From: Vermamoeba vermiformis
Lineage: Eukaryota
DNA: 64,000 bases
Reading direction: 5' to 3'
NCBI GenBank assembly: GCA_045837725.1
Contig: JBEWZL010000066.1
Location: 1-64,000, forward strand
Positions 1 to 11,497 of the stretch are shown here, one piece after another. The stretch's first letter is position 1; each line of letters starts with the position of its first letter. The position numbers and the translations under genes are program-made. Below the pieces are notes generated by a model. The model had not been told where the DNA came from. It did not search any database and worked only from the letters and a program-made list of their open reading frames with translations.

Positions 1-130
1 GAATATTTACGGGTAAGATGGTTGCCGTCTCAGCAGGTTTTTTAATTGAAAATTATGCTTTTAATTGTCTGTTTCAAAATTTAACAGATCGTTTTCTCGC
101 GCGCAGAAGGACCCAACGATTTCTGCTTTC

Positions 131-460
131 AATCGTCTTTGCGCGGAGACGAGATGCAAGACTTTGTGTTTTTTTGACATCGTCTCCACGTGGAGACGAC
201 CTACAGGACTTTGTTTTTTTGTGAGATCGTCTCCACGTGGAGACGACCTGCAGGACTTTGTTTTTTTCTTGGATCGTCTCCGCGTGGAGACGACCTACAG
301 GACTTTGTTTTTTTGTGAGATCGTCTCCACGTGGAGACGACCTGCAGGACTTTGTTTTTTTTGTGAGATCGTCTCCGCGTGGAGACGACCTGCAGGACTT
401 TGTTTTTTTCTTGGATCGTCTCCGCGTGGAGACGACCTACAGGGCTTTGTTTTTTTGAGA
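131..460. repeat. Tandem array of ~7 x 47-bp units, each with a 20-bp palindrome TCGTCTCC(A/G)CGTGGAGACGA
   Basis: Palindromes start at 133 (degenerate), 180, 227, 274, 321, 369 and 416. Linkers are near-identical (CCT(A/G)CAGGACTTTGT7-8...). Confidence 0.95.
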
Positions 461-564
461 ATGTCACTCAGGGTGAGACTTCTTTTTTTTTCCCGCAGAT
501 AATTTGCCAAAGTAAAATTTTACTTAAGTAAAAAATTGTCGGGAAGAAAATTCTTTATTTTTTT

Positions 565-1001
565 GAGGGGGGTGTCAGGGCTAGCCCTATATGGGCAAGC
601 CCACTTACATATATGAATAATGGGTTGATAACGTGCCCCCGTCCACCTGGCGGACGGGGTCAGTTATCAACTAAGGTACCAATTTCCCAGTATACAGGCT
701 ACTCTAAACATCTTGTTTATTAGCAATCACATACATTGGCCCTGGGTGGCGGCTGATTTGTATGAATGTTTGATTGGCCTCTGTGGCTGACTTGCTTCAC
801 ACCCAACTGCAGCCCCACCAGCCCTAACCCTAAAGGGTATATAATCCTGTTTGATGCTGATGTGAATGAAAATAGAATACGCAACCCCCCACCTACCCAC
901 CCCTACCCCTATAGGGTATATAATTCAAAAATATGACATTTTCCAGGCTTTAGGCCTATAAGCCTTAAATTAGCTAAGCCTAACTATATATATAATTGAC
1001 A
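565..1001 (+). mobile_element. Putative LTR of an LTR retrotransposon, preceded by a polypurine tract
   Basis: GAGGGGGG (565-572) directly precedes TGTCA (573). Inverted TGACA at 997-1001 (alternative end 934-938) is followed by TTGGC. Two TATATAA boxes and few CpG. No coding region or second LTR in the window. Confidence 0.4.
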
Positions 1002-1192
1002 TTGGCAAGTGAACTAAACTGAACAAAACTCCTGTAATGATCATTTGTGATAGGCTAAGTATTGCGTTGCATGGCTGGCAGGAGTGGATTCAAACACAGC
1101 TCATAGACCACCAAAAAAAACGGAAACAGACTTAAAGGAATAAGAAATACACTTTAATATGCTATATAATACAACCAATGTTCCAGTGCACT

Positions 1193-4100
1193 CTAACAAC
1201 CTGAAGGATTGTCGTAGCCGTAGATCGCGACGAAGATCACAAGAGCGATGATGATGAGGAAACCAATCGCGAGCCATGCCCAAAATAGATTGCGCGATAA
1301 ATGAACTTTCTTTTTCTTGATTTTTCCTTCTGAAATTGGCAACCGTTAGAAAAGATTGTTCGTTTTAAACCGAATCTGGAACTTACCATCGATCTGCATG
1401 TCTTCAGTGTAAACCTCATTCTCGTGGGCTACTCCAATCTTAAGTTCAGCAACCATGACGATGACGAAGGTGAGGAAGCAATAAACACCGAAGAGAATAT
1501 ACGCCACGTTGGACGTTGGCATGTATACCCAAATGCCCAAGAAGATAGCCGCGAGAGCTACGATAGAAGTGATACGACCAACCCACCAGTGAATCTGATC
1601 GGGCCAGACAGGGATCTTGGTTCGTGAAGGGTCATACATTCTGTCGGCAATAGCTCCGATGATGGGCTGAGCCACGGTGCCAATGACAACGAACAGACCA
1701 ATCATTTGATGCCAACCAACTGTGAAGCCACCGTTGTAGTAGACCAAGATGAGAACAAAGGCCGCAACAACAGCGAAGCAGCCAATAGTCTGAAGCGCGA
1801 CGTGGACTTTGAACCAAAGATTGGTCACAGGCTTCATGTAACGAGCGATGTAAGTGCCGACGAAGAGCATCATCGTCCAGCCAACGATCATCAAAATACC
1901 GTGGGCCTTGAAGTAAGGATTGGTAGCTGTAGCTGCCGCCTCACAGAGTGCGTTGCTGCTGAAGAAGTTGACCAGAACATCGCCCTGCGTCGAGTGCTGG
2001 CTGTAAGACTTGGTCGCGTAGTTGACAGAGCCGTCAGAACCAACACCCCAGAGCATGTGGTACTGTTGGTCGGCAATGGTAATATCGTGCTTGTCGGTGA
2101 CTTTCAGAGGGCGTGTGAAGGTGATCGTCATCCACTTTTTGCCATTAACTTTTTCGATGAGACCTGTGACGTTGTAGAGGTACGAGTCACCGCCGAGAGC
2201 AGTGTCTTCAGTTGGCATGTCGCGCTGAGTGGCCCACGTATCGAGAGCTACAGCGTTACCACTACCATCGATCCAACCTTTGTGGTCACGTTAGTCTTGA
2301 ACTACCGCAAAAAATAGTAGGTCACATCCACGACGTACCAACAACCATGTCAGTGTTTGGCATTCCTCCATTAGTGTTCCAACCAACACCGACCCATCCA
2401 GTTGATGTCGTTCCACTGATAGTGAAAGTGATGTTCGGATCGGAGATCTTCCAGGTTGCCTTGAACGTGCCATCAGGCGAGGTGTACGAGTTACCACCGG
2501 TTGAATTTCCAGCTGCCGTAGTGGGAGATGGGGGAGGGGGAGCTACGGGGTCGAGTTTGTCAGTGTTGTCTTGTTTGGTAATGAATGAAAATCGAGAACT
2601 TACGGGAAGCAACGACAGTGCCGTTGAGGTCGAAGAAATTAACCACGACATCACCCTTGCTCGAGTGTTGTTGGAAAGTATTGGCACCATAGTTGACTGA
2701 GCCTGATTGGCCAACAGCGTACAGCAAGTGCATTGGTCCGTTCACGATAGCAATATCGCTAGTGTCGCCGGAGTTTAAGGGTCGAGTGAATATGAAGGTA
2801 GTCCATTGCGCGTTGTTGTAGGTCTCAACGTAACCTTGAACGTTCGTGACATCATTACGGCCTGAAAATAAGAATTTCGTGTCATTACCTCTTAACTATA
2901 TTTGGAAATGTTTGCATTGTTCATGAACTGAAGAATTTTAAAAATATCCGGAGTTACAACTCCTAGGGCTTACCTCCATTAGAAGTATCTTCGACGGGCA
3001 TGTTTCTGTTAGGTGACCAACGATCAGATACCACTGCGGTGTTGCTTTGATCAAGCCAACCTACGAATCCAATTTAGTTCACATTCACTCGTGATAAATT
3101 CAACCGCCGATATTGTCCGAATAAAAATTAATTAACTGATTGATGTCAAGTACGTACCAACAACCATATCAGCGTTAGGCATGCCTCCACCCATGTTCCA
3201 GCCCATGCCAACATAACCACCAGTACCAAGACCGCTCATCATGAATGTAATGTCGGTGCTGGTCAAGGTCCAGTTAGCACGGAATGTTCCATCAGGAGCA
3301 ATGAATGATGGTCCTCCGCCAGATGTAACGGGATCGCATGATGCTGCAAAGAGATTAAAAGGTAGTACTACGTAAGATACTAGGATAGGAGCCCAAATCT
3401 AAATTGTAAATTACACTAGATCAAAAGTAAAGTATCAAAAAGATATCTGTTGATTTGATTGATAAATTAAACTGAATTTGTACATAATTAGTTTAAAAAT
3501 GAATCACAGCCCTAAATTTAGTAAAGAGTGGCAAAGATTTTGCACGTGAAACCTCCGGAACTGATAAACTGTTCGCTTGCATCTAGAAGATATTATCATG
3601 ACTTTGCACGAACTTACAGTGAGCAGATAGAATGATGCCAACGAGACCACAGCGAGAAGTACCGTGTTCTTCCAATTGAATCTCTTGTCCAACAACGACA
3701 GGAGAATTAGGTTGAGCAGCATAAATAAAGTTGACGAGCTGAGAAGGGTCTATGATCTGTAAATCAAGCTTAGTACTGCGAACAGATCGAGATCGTGTAC
3801 TAAAAATTTCGAAGCCTTACGCTGTCCTCTCCCACGTCACCTGTGTTGTATTTGCGATAGAATTCCACAGCTTTTAAACTGCTTGATACTACACCACCGC
3901 CCAACACTTGAAGGTCGTTCGTGGAGTCCGTAATAGGGTTGTCATGCGAAGTCATCCTATGTGAGACAGTTCAATAAACAATTCATCATACTAAACGCAT
4001 CTAAAACTTTGATTCGCTGTCGGAATACAAATGACTTACCAACCGTCAGCTGACTTAGGAGTTGACCCGGAAAAATAAAATACCCAGGCATCTGATCCAG

Positions 4101-4445
4101 CGCCATTACTCGTCATCGCACTAGTGGTCGTAGAAGCGATACCGAGTGCGGCGTAACCTATACATAAATGTCCTTAATAACTTGCCGCTATTTATTTACT
4201 AATTTAATAAGAACTTACCATTTCCAAAAGTAGATTCGACTGCGCCATAGAAACCATCAGTTGAAGTATTCCAATAGAATTTAAACTGCAACGCATCGTT
4301 AATAATGCGACAGTTCTCGTAAGGCGGTAGCGTGTAGCCTAGTGACAGATCTAGATCAGAAACCAGCGAGCAGAGCTTTCCAGAGTTTTTTACCTTGAAT
4401 TAAGGGGACAAAAATGAGGGATAACAAAAGTAGAAGCCTTGTCAT
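1193..4445 (-). CDS. Multi-DOMON (about 3) + cytochrome b561 membrane protein (CYBDOM / ferric-chelate reductase-like), spliced
   Basis: Signal peptide MTRLLLLLSLIF. Repeated DOMON motifs (GWVGVGWN..GGMPNTDMVVG, H.SQG). b561 His motifs (AHGILM, WFKVHVALQ, WHQMIG, IHWWVGR). Last exon restores a TM helix and ends ..NPSGC*. Confidence 0.9.
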
Positions 4446-5211
4446 GTTGTGCTTGTGCTTGTGCTGCTCTTGTGTCAATTAAATAAAATGAGTCCTGTCT
4501 CGCTTTAAATTTCCTGCGGTTCACTGAACGAACATGCAATGAATTGGAAATACACTCCGAAGTTACTGAACTGTATCATTTTGATTCGTTACCCGTTGCA
4601 CTTAATCTCCTAAATTATACTTAGCATTAGTGATCATATTCTGAGATCGTAGCATCACGAATAATCAACTTTGGTACTTTGCAAAACAAGCGCAAGGGTG
4701 AATTACGTGCGATTTACAAGCATTTGTACCGTAAAAAAGTAGTGCGCTGGTAACTTACTTGACTACAGCATACTGTGGACAGCCAGCACATTCTTAGATT
4801 CGTTGTGCGGTGGCCTACGAAGAATGCACGATTCATCAATCGGTTGATCAGAATCAAATCTGAACCGTCGAAGCCCAGTTGTAGTTTGCCAATCCTTGTA
4901 ATGAAATAACGCAATTAGTAATATGATCAGGCGAATCAATTATTGGAATAGCCCTTACTGCAGTGTGGACCCATCTAGCCATCTAGATGGTAAGTGCTAG
5001 TAGCAAGCTCAATTTATAAAATGTCGCAATATAATGTTCATGGTAATAACGTATACGGCAATCGTTTGATGATAAGAGTGAAAGATGGGTAAATTTTAAA
5101 TCTGTGGATTAGCTAATCCAAACCGCTGCAATAATCCGCAGCAACAATCGATCGATCAAGCAATGAAAATAATATATTAACTATCATACCATATGCATAT
5201 TTATTCCAACT

Positions 5212-6317
5212 TCACTTGCGGTTTAACACGCGCTGAGGGAGTCGAAGGAAAAGCAGCGTTCCAACGCCAAGACCAATGAGCGCGTTCTGATAGTTAATCT
5301 CTTTGATGAAGTCATCCATTGAATTTCTCCCTTCAATGATCGCTTTGAACGGTAACAAAGATGTCTGAAACAAGACTTTAGATCCGCTTTCGGTGGATCC
5401 TTTTTTGAACACACTTACCTTATTATAGAAGTTCTCGGAGAGAGTTTCTTTCTCGCGCATATCTTGGTGAGCGCATCCAACGAGATAAAATATAGGGAAA
5501 GGTGCCCAATACACTTAATACAATCGTGTGAGTAGAGATCAAAGCCAAGGTTTAACATGATGTTTAAAAGGTGGTTGCTACGTACCTAAATCGCCCAAAC
5601 GACCACGCTTGAAGCAGTTGGCCAAGCCCCACGTGCCCAATGCCGTGAACATAGGATGGCGCGTGACACGTAATATGCCACGTACCTCGGGATCTTTCTT
5701 CTGGCCCGGTGGAAGAGGCTTTGCGCCGGCTTGTGTAGGACTTTGATTTGCGATAGCTTGCGAGAAGATGAACAGCGCTGCTGTGTTTAGAACAGTGCCT
5801 ACTGCTCCACCGAAGGCACCCAGCTTGTGCACCACGGGGCCTGAATTTCTGCCCTTGCTGAAACAACGATGGTCAATAAATTATATTTTCAGGTAAATAA
5901 TTGCTGACGATTAAGCTTATGCGATTACAAATGGAAGATTTATCATTTTAAGTGGCTGTAGATCGCATACTACTCAAACTTACGCGAGGTAGAGAAGAGT
6001 TGTGGGGACAAATGTAGCCAACGCGATTCCCGAGTAAGCACCTTGAAATTTATCTGCTCCTCCAAATTTCTCGATAAACTGCTTTCTATTTGGCGGATGC
6101 GACATATACAAGTGGCTATCAAATTAAATTAGATTACGTTTCAAGAAAAAAATTATAAAAATGTGGAAATTATGGCCATATTGAAATCTTGCATTCTTAT
6201 ATTAAGCCATGAAGGATTAATTAAAAATTCAATTTGGATGTTGAAAATCCAATCCGGTTACCTTCCGATAAACGAGCCCCATCCAAGGGCAATAGCGCTA
6301 ATTGCCAGTTTGCTCAT
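5212..6317 (-). CDS. NnrU / Z-ISO family membrane protein, spliced
   Basis: GILRVTRHPMFTALGTWGLAN and GCAHQD motifs; N-terminal exon MSKLAISAIALGWGSFIG. Confidence 0.8.
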
Positions 6318-6417
6318 TGTGTTGCTGATGCCGTTATTGAGTTGGGATTAGCGGAAGGTGCGGTCCGGATTTTTTTAAGGCGGAGAAACGGAAGAGATTC
6401 GTGGCACGAATTTAACT

Positions 6418-8096
6418 TCAATAGACCCGCACATCTTCTCCTGCAGTCACCTGATATCGAATGGCGAATGAAGAGCGCTCTCGGAGAGCACGCAGCACTT
6501 GATCGATGTTATTTGGTGGCTCCTGCCTGTCCGCATCTTCATCAGTGTTCCGGAATTTGAAGTAGACGAGCGACACTAGCGGGCTTAAACTCAGAAGATG
6601 CTTCGGATTTTTCATGCGCTTGGTACATATGGTGAGCATGCGCAAGTTTGCCAACGTCGTGAGTGGATCGATGGAGCTGGCACCAAGATGTGAAAAGTCA
6701 ACCAGATGCAGAACCTCCAAATTCGTAAGTGAGTGGCACAGGGTATTAATCAGACGTTGTTCCTCCATTTTTGTGGCAGTTGGCGCATAGATATTGAGTT
6801 TGGTGAGTTTAGTCAATGGCGCGATCCACTTGTCCTCTAATGAGGCGTTGGTCAAGTTGAGGCGATTGAGATTAGTCATCTTTGATATCCATTGCACATT
6901 TTGAGAAACGAGATTGTTTGCGCTCACGTGGCAAGTCTCCAGCTGAGTAAATTGTTCGAAATCCGACGAGACTACATTCCACGCAGTGATCAGAGTGAAG
7001 TGCCTAAGCTTCGATAACGCTGTAAAGGGCGTAATGGCGTTTGATCGGTAGAAATTGAGCGACAAAGACTCCAAGTTCGTCAAACGGAGTATGCTGTCCA
7101 CTTCCGCCTGTGATCCGACGGCATTGATCCCAAGACTGGTCAAGCACTTCTGTAATGTTGACAAGTGGCTAAATAAACGTGGTCTAGAGTCTAATCTTCG
7201 CACGATAATAACGAGCTCGTTCAAATTGGTCAGCAGGGGCAAGCTCAACCAATCGCTGACATTATCTGCCACGTGCAATTCTAGCGACATTAAGCCTGTT
7301 ATAGATGCTATTTCACTGAGATTAAACTGTCGGAATGTGTTGGTGAATTTAAGTTGAGTTAGGTTTGCAAAAGCAGGCAGGCGGATCTGCGCATTCTGGG
7401 CGGGATTGTCACTATCGTAGCAGGCCAAGGCTTGTAGATTAGGGCACTCCGCGGCACACTCGAGTATCTTGTTCGACAAGGGCGAACAAATGAGGTGTTG
7501 AAGGCGTGGCATCTTCGTCAGGACGTTGGGACACCAGTACTCTGCGGAGGGCACGAGATCGGGATCCAAACTCTCCAATGTGCAATTTAATCGTGTTAAA
7601 TGTCTTAATTGTCCCACATGTGATGTTAATTCGTAGCTAAGAAAGCCGGTATCATCCAAGCTGTTGAAGAGTGAGAACTGTTGCAGACGTGTCAACCGTG
7701 TTAGATCCGCGAAGGCACTGATGTCCTTGATGGGGGACGTGATAAACAGCCTTTCTAAATTTGGTAAGTTGCTGATGCGAGACACGAACTGGCTGCGGAC
7801 TCTTCGCCAAGACAAATCTAAAGTGCGGATTGACTGCAGGGCATTTTTAAACCAAAGTTTGGATACTGAAAGTGTGGTAAAAATATACCAGCTCGGTAAA
7901 TAGGAGCAGATATGAATTATTAGCTCGTTTGGCAGTTGATCAAATCCAGATCCGTTATTTAATTTTCTTCTCTAGATTAAATTACATCATTAATACTTCT
8001 CAAATTAAATAATTCTTATTAATTTGTGTAATAAGATAATACCTTTTCAGCGCGAGTGTTTGGTTTCTGTTGCGGGTTAGATTGCCTTCGTTTCAT
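6418..8096 (-). CDS. F-box + leucine-rich repeat protein
   Basis: FDQLPNELIIHICSYL..LSVSKLW F-box upstream of a 465-aa LRR ORF (LxxLxxLxL repeats); one 5' intron. Confidence 0.85.
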
Positions 8097-8347
8097 GTCT
8101 GTCGGCTAACAAGACAGCAAGCCTTTAAACGACCATAATTTTGGCACTATATTGTTGATGCAATAGATCAAAACAAAAATAGACCGTGATTTTTTGGTGT
8201 CGACTTTTTGGCGGATCACGTGCCAGGCTGTGCGCTGACCCATGCGCTCGATAATCTTGGTGCTTCGCTATAATATTGGCGTTCGATCTATAGTCGCAGA
8301 AGTTTGACCTGCAGAGGTTGGAGGTAGCATAATATGAAGTCTCGCCG

Positions 8348-9673
8348 TCACATCACCAAGCATCTCCGTTTAACTTTGTATCGCACGTCTGCTTCGACTG
8401 GCTCGTGGCGCCAAAGCCATGCGCTAGGACAACATCGTTAATTATATTACTATAACGTGAACTAAAATCTTGTTATTACCATTTGGCACGCAAAGCGTCT
8501 TCGGTAATCGACTGCATTGCTTGCTCCAGTGTCTCATAGTTGATCGATGAGACCTCGTAGTACTTCATGTGAACTAGAGAGGCGAGGTACTAGAAGGGAA
8601 GACTAATGAATATTCTGGTTGTCTCACACGTGCGTTGACTTACTCTTGCTTCAATAACAGACACTTGACGCCCCTGTTGAGCATCAGATTTCAATCCGAT
8701 CAACACAAATGTAGCATTCTCCCGGATGTAGCTCTTGTTCTCGTAACACAGCCGCATCCACTCGTCCATGTCCTCAAAGGATTTTCTGTCATCGATCGCG
8801 AACATGAATGCGATTAAATCCGTATTCTTGTAGAAACTTGATATAAACTTGTAGAATCTACGTTGCTATACAAACACCCATTAGAACAGAGTCGCGTTGG
8901 CTTGATATCTTACATCTGGAGGATCCCACTGTAGACATCGATTAGAACAAGACAACTAAGAAATTATATCGATATATCGTACCGCTTGTAGTATTACTTC
9001 TACCCCGTCAACATATTGCAGCCTTCGGATTCGCTGCAACCACGGGTTAGTCACGCCACGTAAAACTTGGTTTAAACCGTACAAAATCACCAGCAACGTA
9101 TGATTCATAATCGGGGGCATATTTGGCACTCTAAAGACGCTAGATTAGGTCGTAAGAGAGGGTTAGTCTCCGAATTTACCGAGAACGAATCCACGAAAGT
9201 GGTTTTGCCAACGCCTGGACTGCCACTTAATAGCATCTTTAACACATAGTAATCTGCATAATCGGGCTTCGAAGTAACACCGATGCGCTTTTCCCAACTA
9301 AACCGTGTGATTAATTTTCGCGATCTAGATCAAATTGTGTCTCGTACCATTCATGGATTTCTTCGTCCGTTGCTTTTTGAACATTTATTTCTCGAAAGAA
9401 ATTGAAATAATCTGTAATCAAATTTGCAGGTTTATCGTTAAAATAAATTGAAATAATTAAAAGGCTAATTTGCCTCCAAGTGGGTAAAATTGACTTACTT
9501 TTGTTGAGGTCATAGCCAAAAAAATTAGAAATATTTTCTTCTTGCACTAGATTGGAGAAGGACTTGCAAATTCGTCTGATCGCAATTAAATCCGTTATTT
9601 GGTCGACAAAACGAATTATATTACACCATATTTCAGGTGGAAGTGAATTATATGGATTAACGTTGCGTTCCAT
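8348..9673 (-). CDS. F-box + Rab/Ras-like small GTPase domain with C-terminal CaaX, spliced
   Basis: F-box SLPPEIWCNIIRFV; G1 GSPGVGKT; G3 position WDPPDQ; G4 GLKSD; ends KVKRRCLVM*. Canonical GT-AG joins keep the frame. Confidence 0.8.
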
Positions 9674-9700
9674 TCGCCTAACAACAATATATTACAAATT

Positions 9701-11359
9701 TTATTGCATTTCCTTCTCGCCCGCAATTTTATCGTCTCTTTTAGCGCGCACAATAATCTTAAAAGGATTTGCAAAGACTTCTCGGGCAATTAAATCGAAT
9801 CCTCCGACGCCAGGGTACTTCACATGCTTCAAAATGAGGAACCAAACTTCTGCAGGAAAAATCAAGAACGCATCCGCACTCCTTGCAATGTTGTATATAA
9901 TTAGCATAGTCTTCAGTCGTACTTCTTTTTGATATTGTCTGTTTCTTTTCAATAACTTGGGTAGCTGCTTGCATCCACTGAAAGTCGTCAAGTTGGTGAT
10001 CGCGTAGTTCGTTGACAAAGATTCTACTGCTCTAGTGAGAACCTCTGAAGAAACAGAAATGTTGCCCAAAGTCAAATTCGTCAGCGATTGGTTGTCTTTT
10101 AAATACTTCATCGCATTTTCAAACATTTCTTCGTTCATTCCAACCCACACCATTGAGAGCCGCAGCAATGTAGTGTTGTGTTGTAATGCTTCAAAAATGT
10201 CTTCCATTCCATCTTTGATATTATTCCCATCCATATTTAGCTCTTGCAGCGTAGTATTGTACTTCAATATTTGTACGAGCGCATTCGAGTTTTGATGGTT
10301 GAAGCCAAAATTCAAGTTTGTGATTTGTGCCGTCTTCAATGCTTCGAATAATTCATTGCCAGCGCTTGCTCCTGCTGGGAAATTGCGCCGTAAACTAACG
10401 TACGCAAAAGTTCGGCCTTTGAATAGATCCGCTAGACATTTTCCAGCTTCTGCATCAAATCCGCGGTTGCCTTCTAAATCCAAGTGGACTATAGACTGAT
10501 TTGATTTGAGTCCGTCGCATAAAAGCTTCAATGCTGGTATTCCAATTTCGCTTTCTCGCAAGCTGAGCGATGTGAGTGACTTGCTAAGAGCCAAATTTTG
10601 CACGAATTCTTTGCAGTGCACATCGAAGTAATTGTAGCCTAAATCAAGTGCCTTCAGCCGCTGATATGGCAATAGTGATCCGATGTCGTTGAATCCTGGC
10701 GCACGTATGCTGTTGGTCTGCAAAGACAGCTCCGTCACTGAAGTATTCTTCTTTAGTGCTCGCACCAGTTGTTGAGCGCCAATATTGCCTAATTGGTTGC
10801 CTCCCAGCCATAGTCTTTGAAGTGTGGTGTTACACTCAAGGGCGTCGCAAATGACTTTCAAATCGTCTGAGCTCATTGAATTAGCTACAGCGTAAGACGC
10901 CAAGCTGAGACTGGTCAGTGTTGTGTTCTCTTTGAGCACGGGGCAAATGCAGCCGTAAGAACCAGGAGAGACGAGATTTGAAGCGAATATTAACGTCTTC
11001 AATGTAGTGTTAGTCTGGAGTGACTTGCATAGTGCTATAAATCCTGCGTCTCGAATGGCATTCTTTGAAAGGTTGAGTGACGTGATTGATCTGTTAGATC
11101 GCAACACTTCTGCAAGTAGCTCACATTGCGCGTCCGTTATCTTCCTTGAGCTTAAATCTACTCTTTTTAATTTGAAGGCTACGAAGGAAATTCCTTTTTT
11201 TAAGCAATGATACAGGTCTTCAACGGATTCCACCTAAAATAATTTGTTAAATATTTTAATTATTAAATTTGAGGGCATCCTATTATCTATTACCTCAATT
11301 TCCACGCTATTAGTAGGCACTCGCTTTTTATCCAATTTTCTATTGGTATTTTTCTTCAT
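9701..11359 (-). CDS. RI-type LRR protein (NLRC3/CARMIL-like repeats) with a C-terminal F-box-like motif
   Basis: Repeats of LxxNtsLxxLxLxxNxI; C-terminal FLIFPAEVWFLILKHV; short first exon MKKNTNRK..EIE. Confidence 0.85.
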
Positions 11360-11497
11360 TTTGGGATCTGATAATCATAGACGTGCCACCCACAAGCTAG
11401 TCAAGCGTATAATAAAAAAACTATATCTAAAGACCAAGCATTTGGTCAGGGCTTGTTGTATTCGACCAGCTGCGAAATTGATTTATTTTGAAAAGAT

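Noticed and set aside
131-460. CRISPR array, or real proteins from the overlapping ORFs at 18-510
   Set aside because: Linkers are near-identical rather than unique spacers, there are no cas genes, and the ORFs are just translations of the repeat.
822-834. Telomere or telomerase RNA template (CCCTAACCCTAA)
   Set aside because: Only two units, inside a duplicated TATA module; no further support.
1076-1112. tRNA gene on the minus strand
   Set aside because: Only a T-arm/acceptor-like fragment; no complete cloverleaf.
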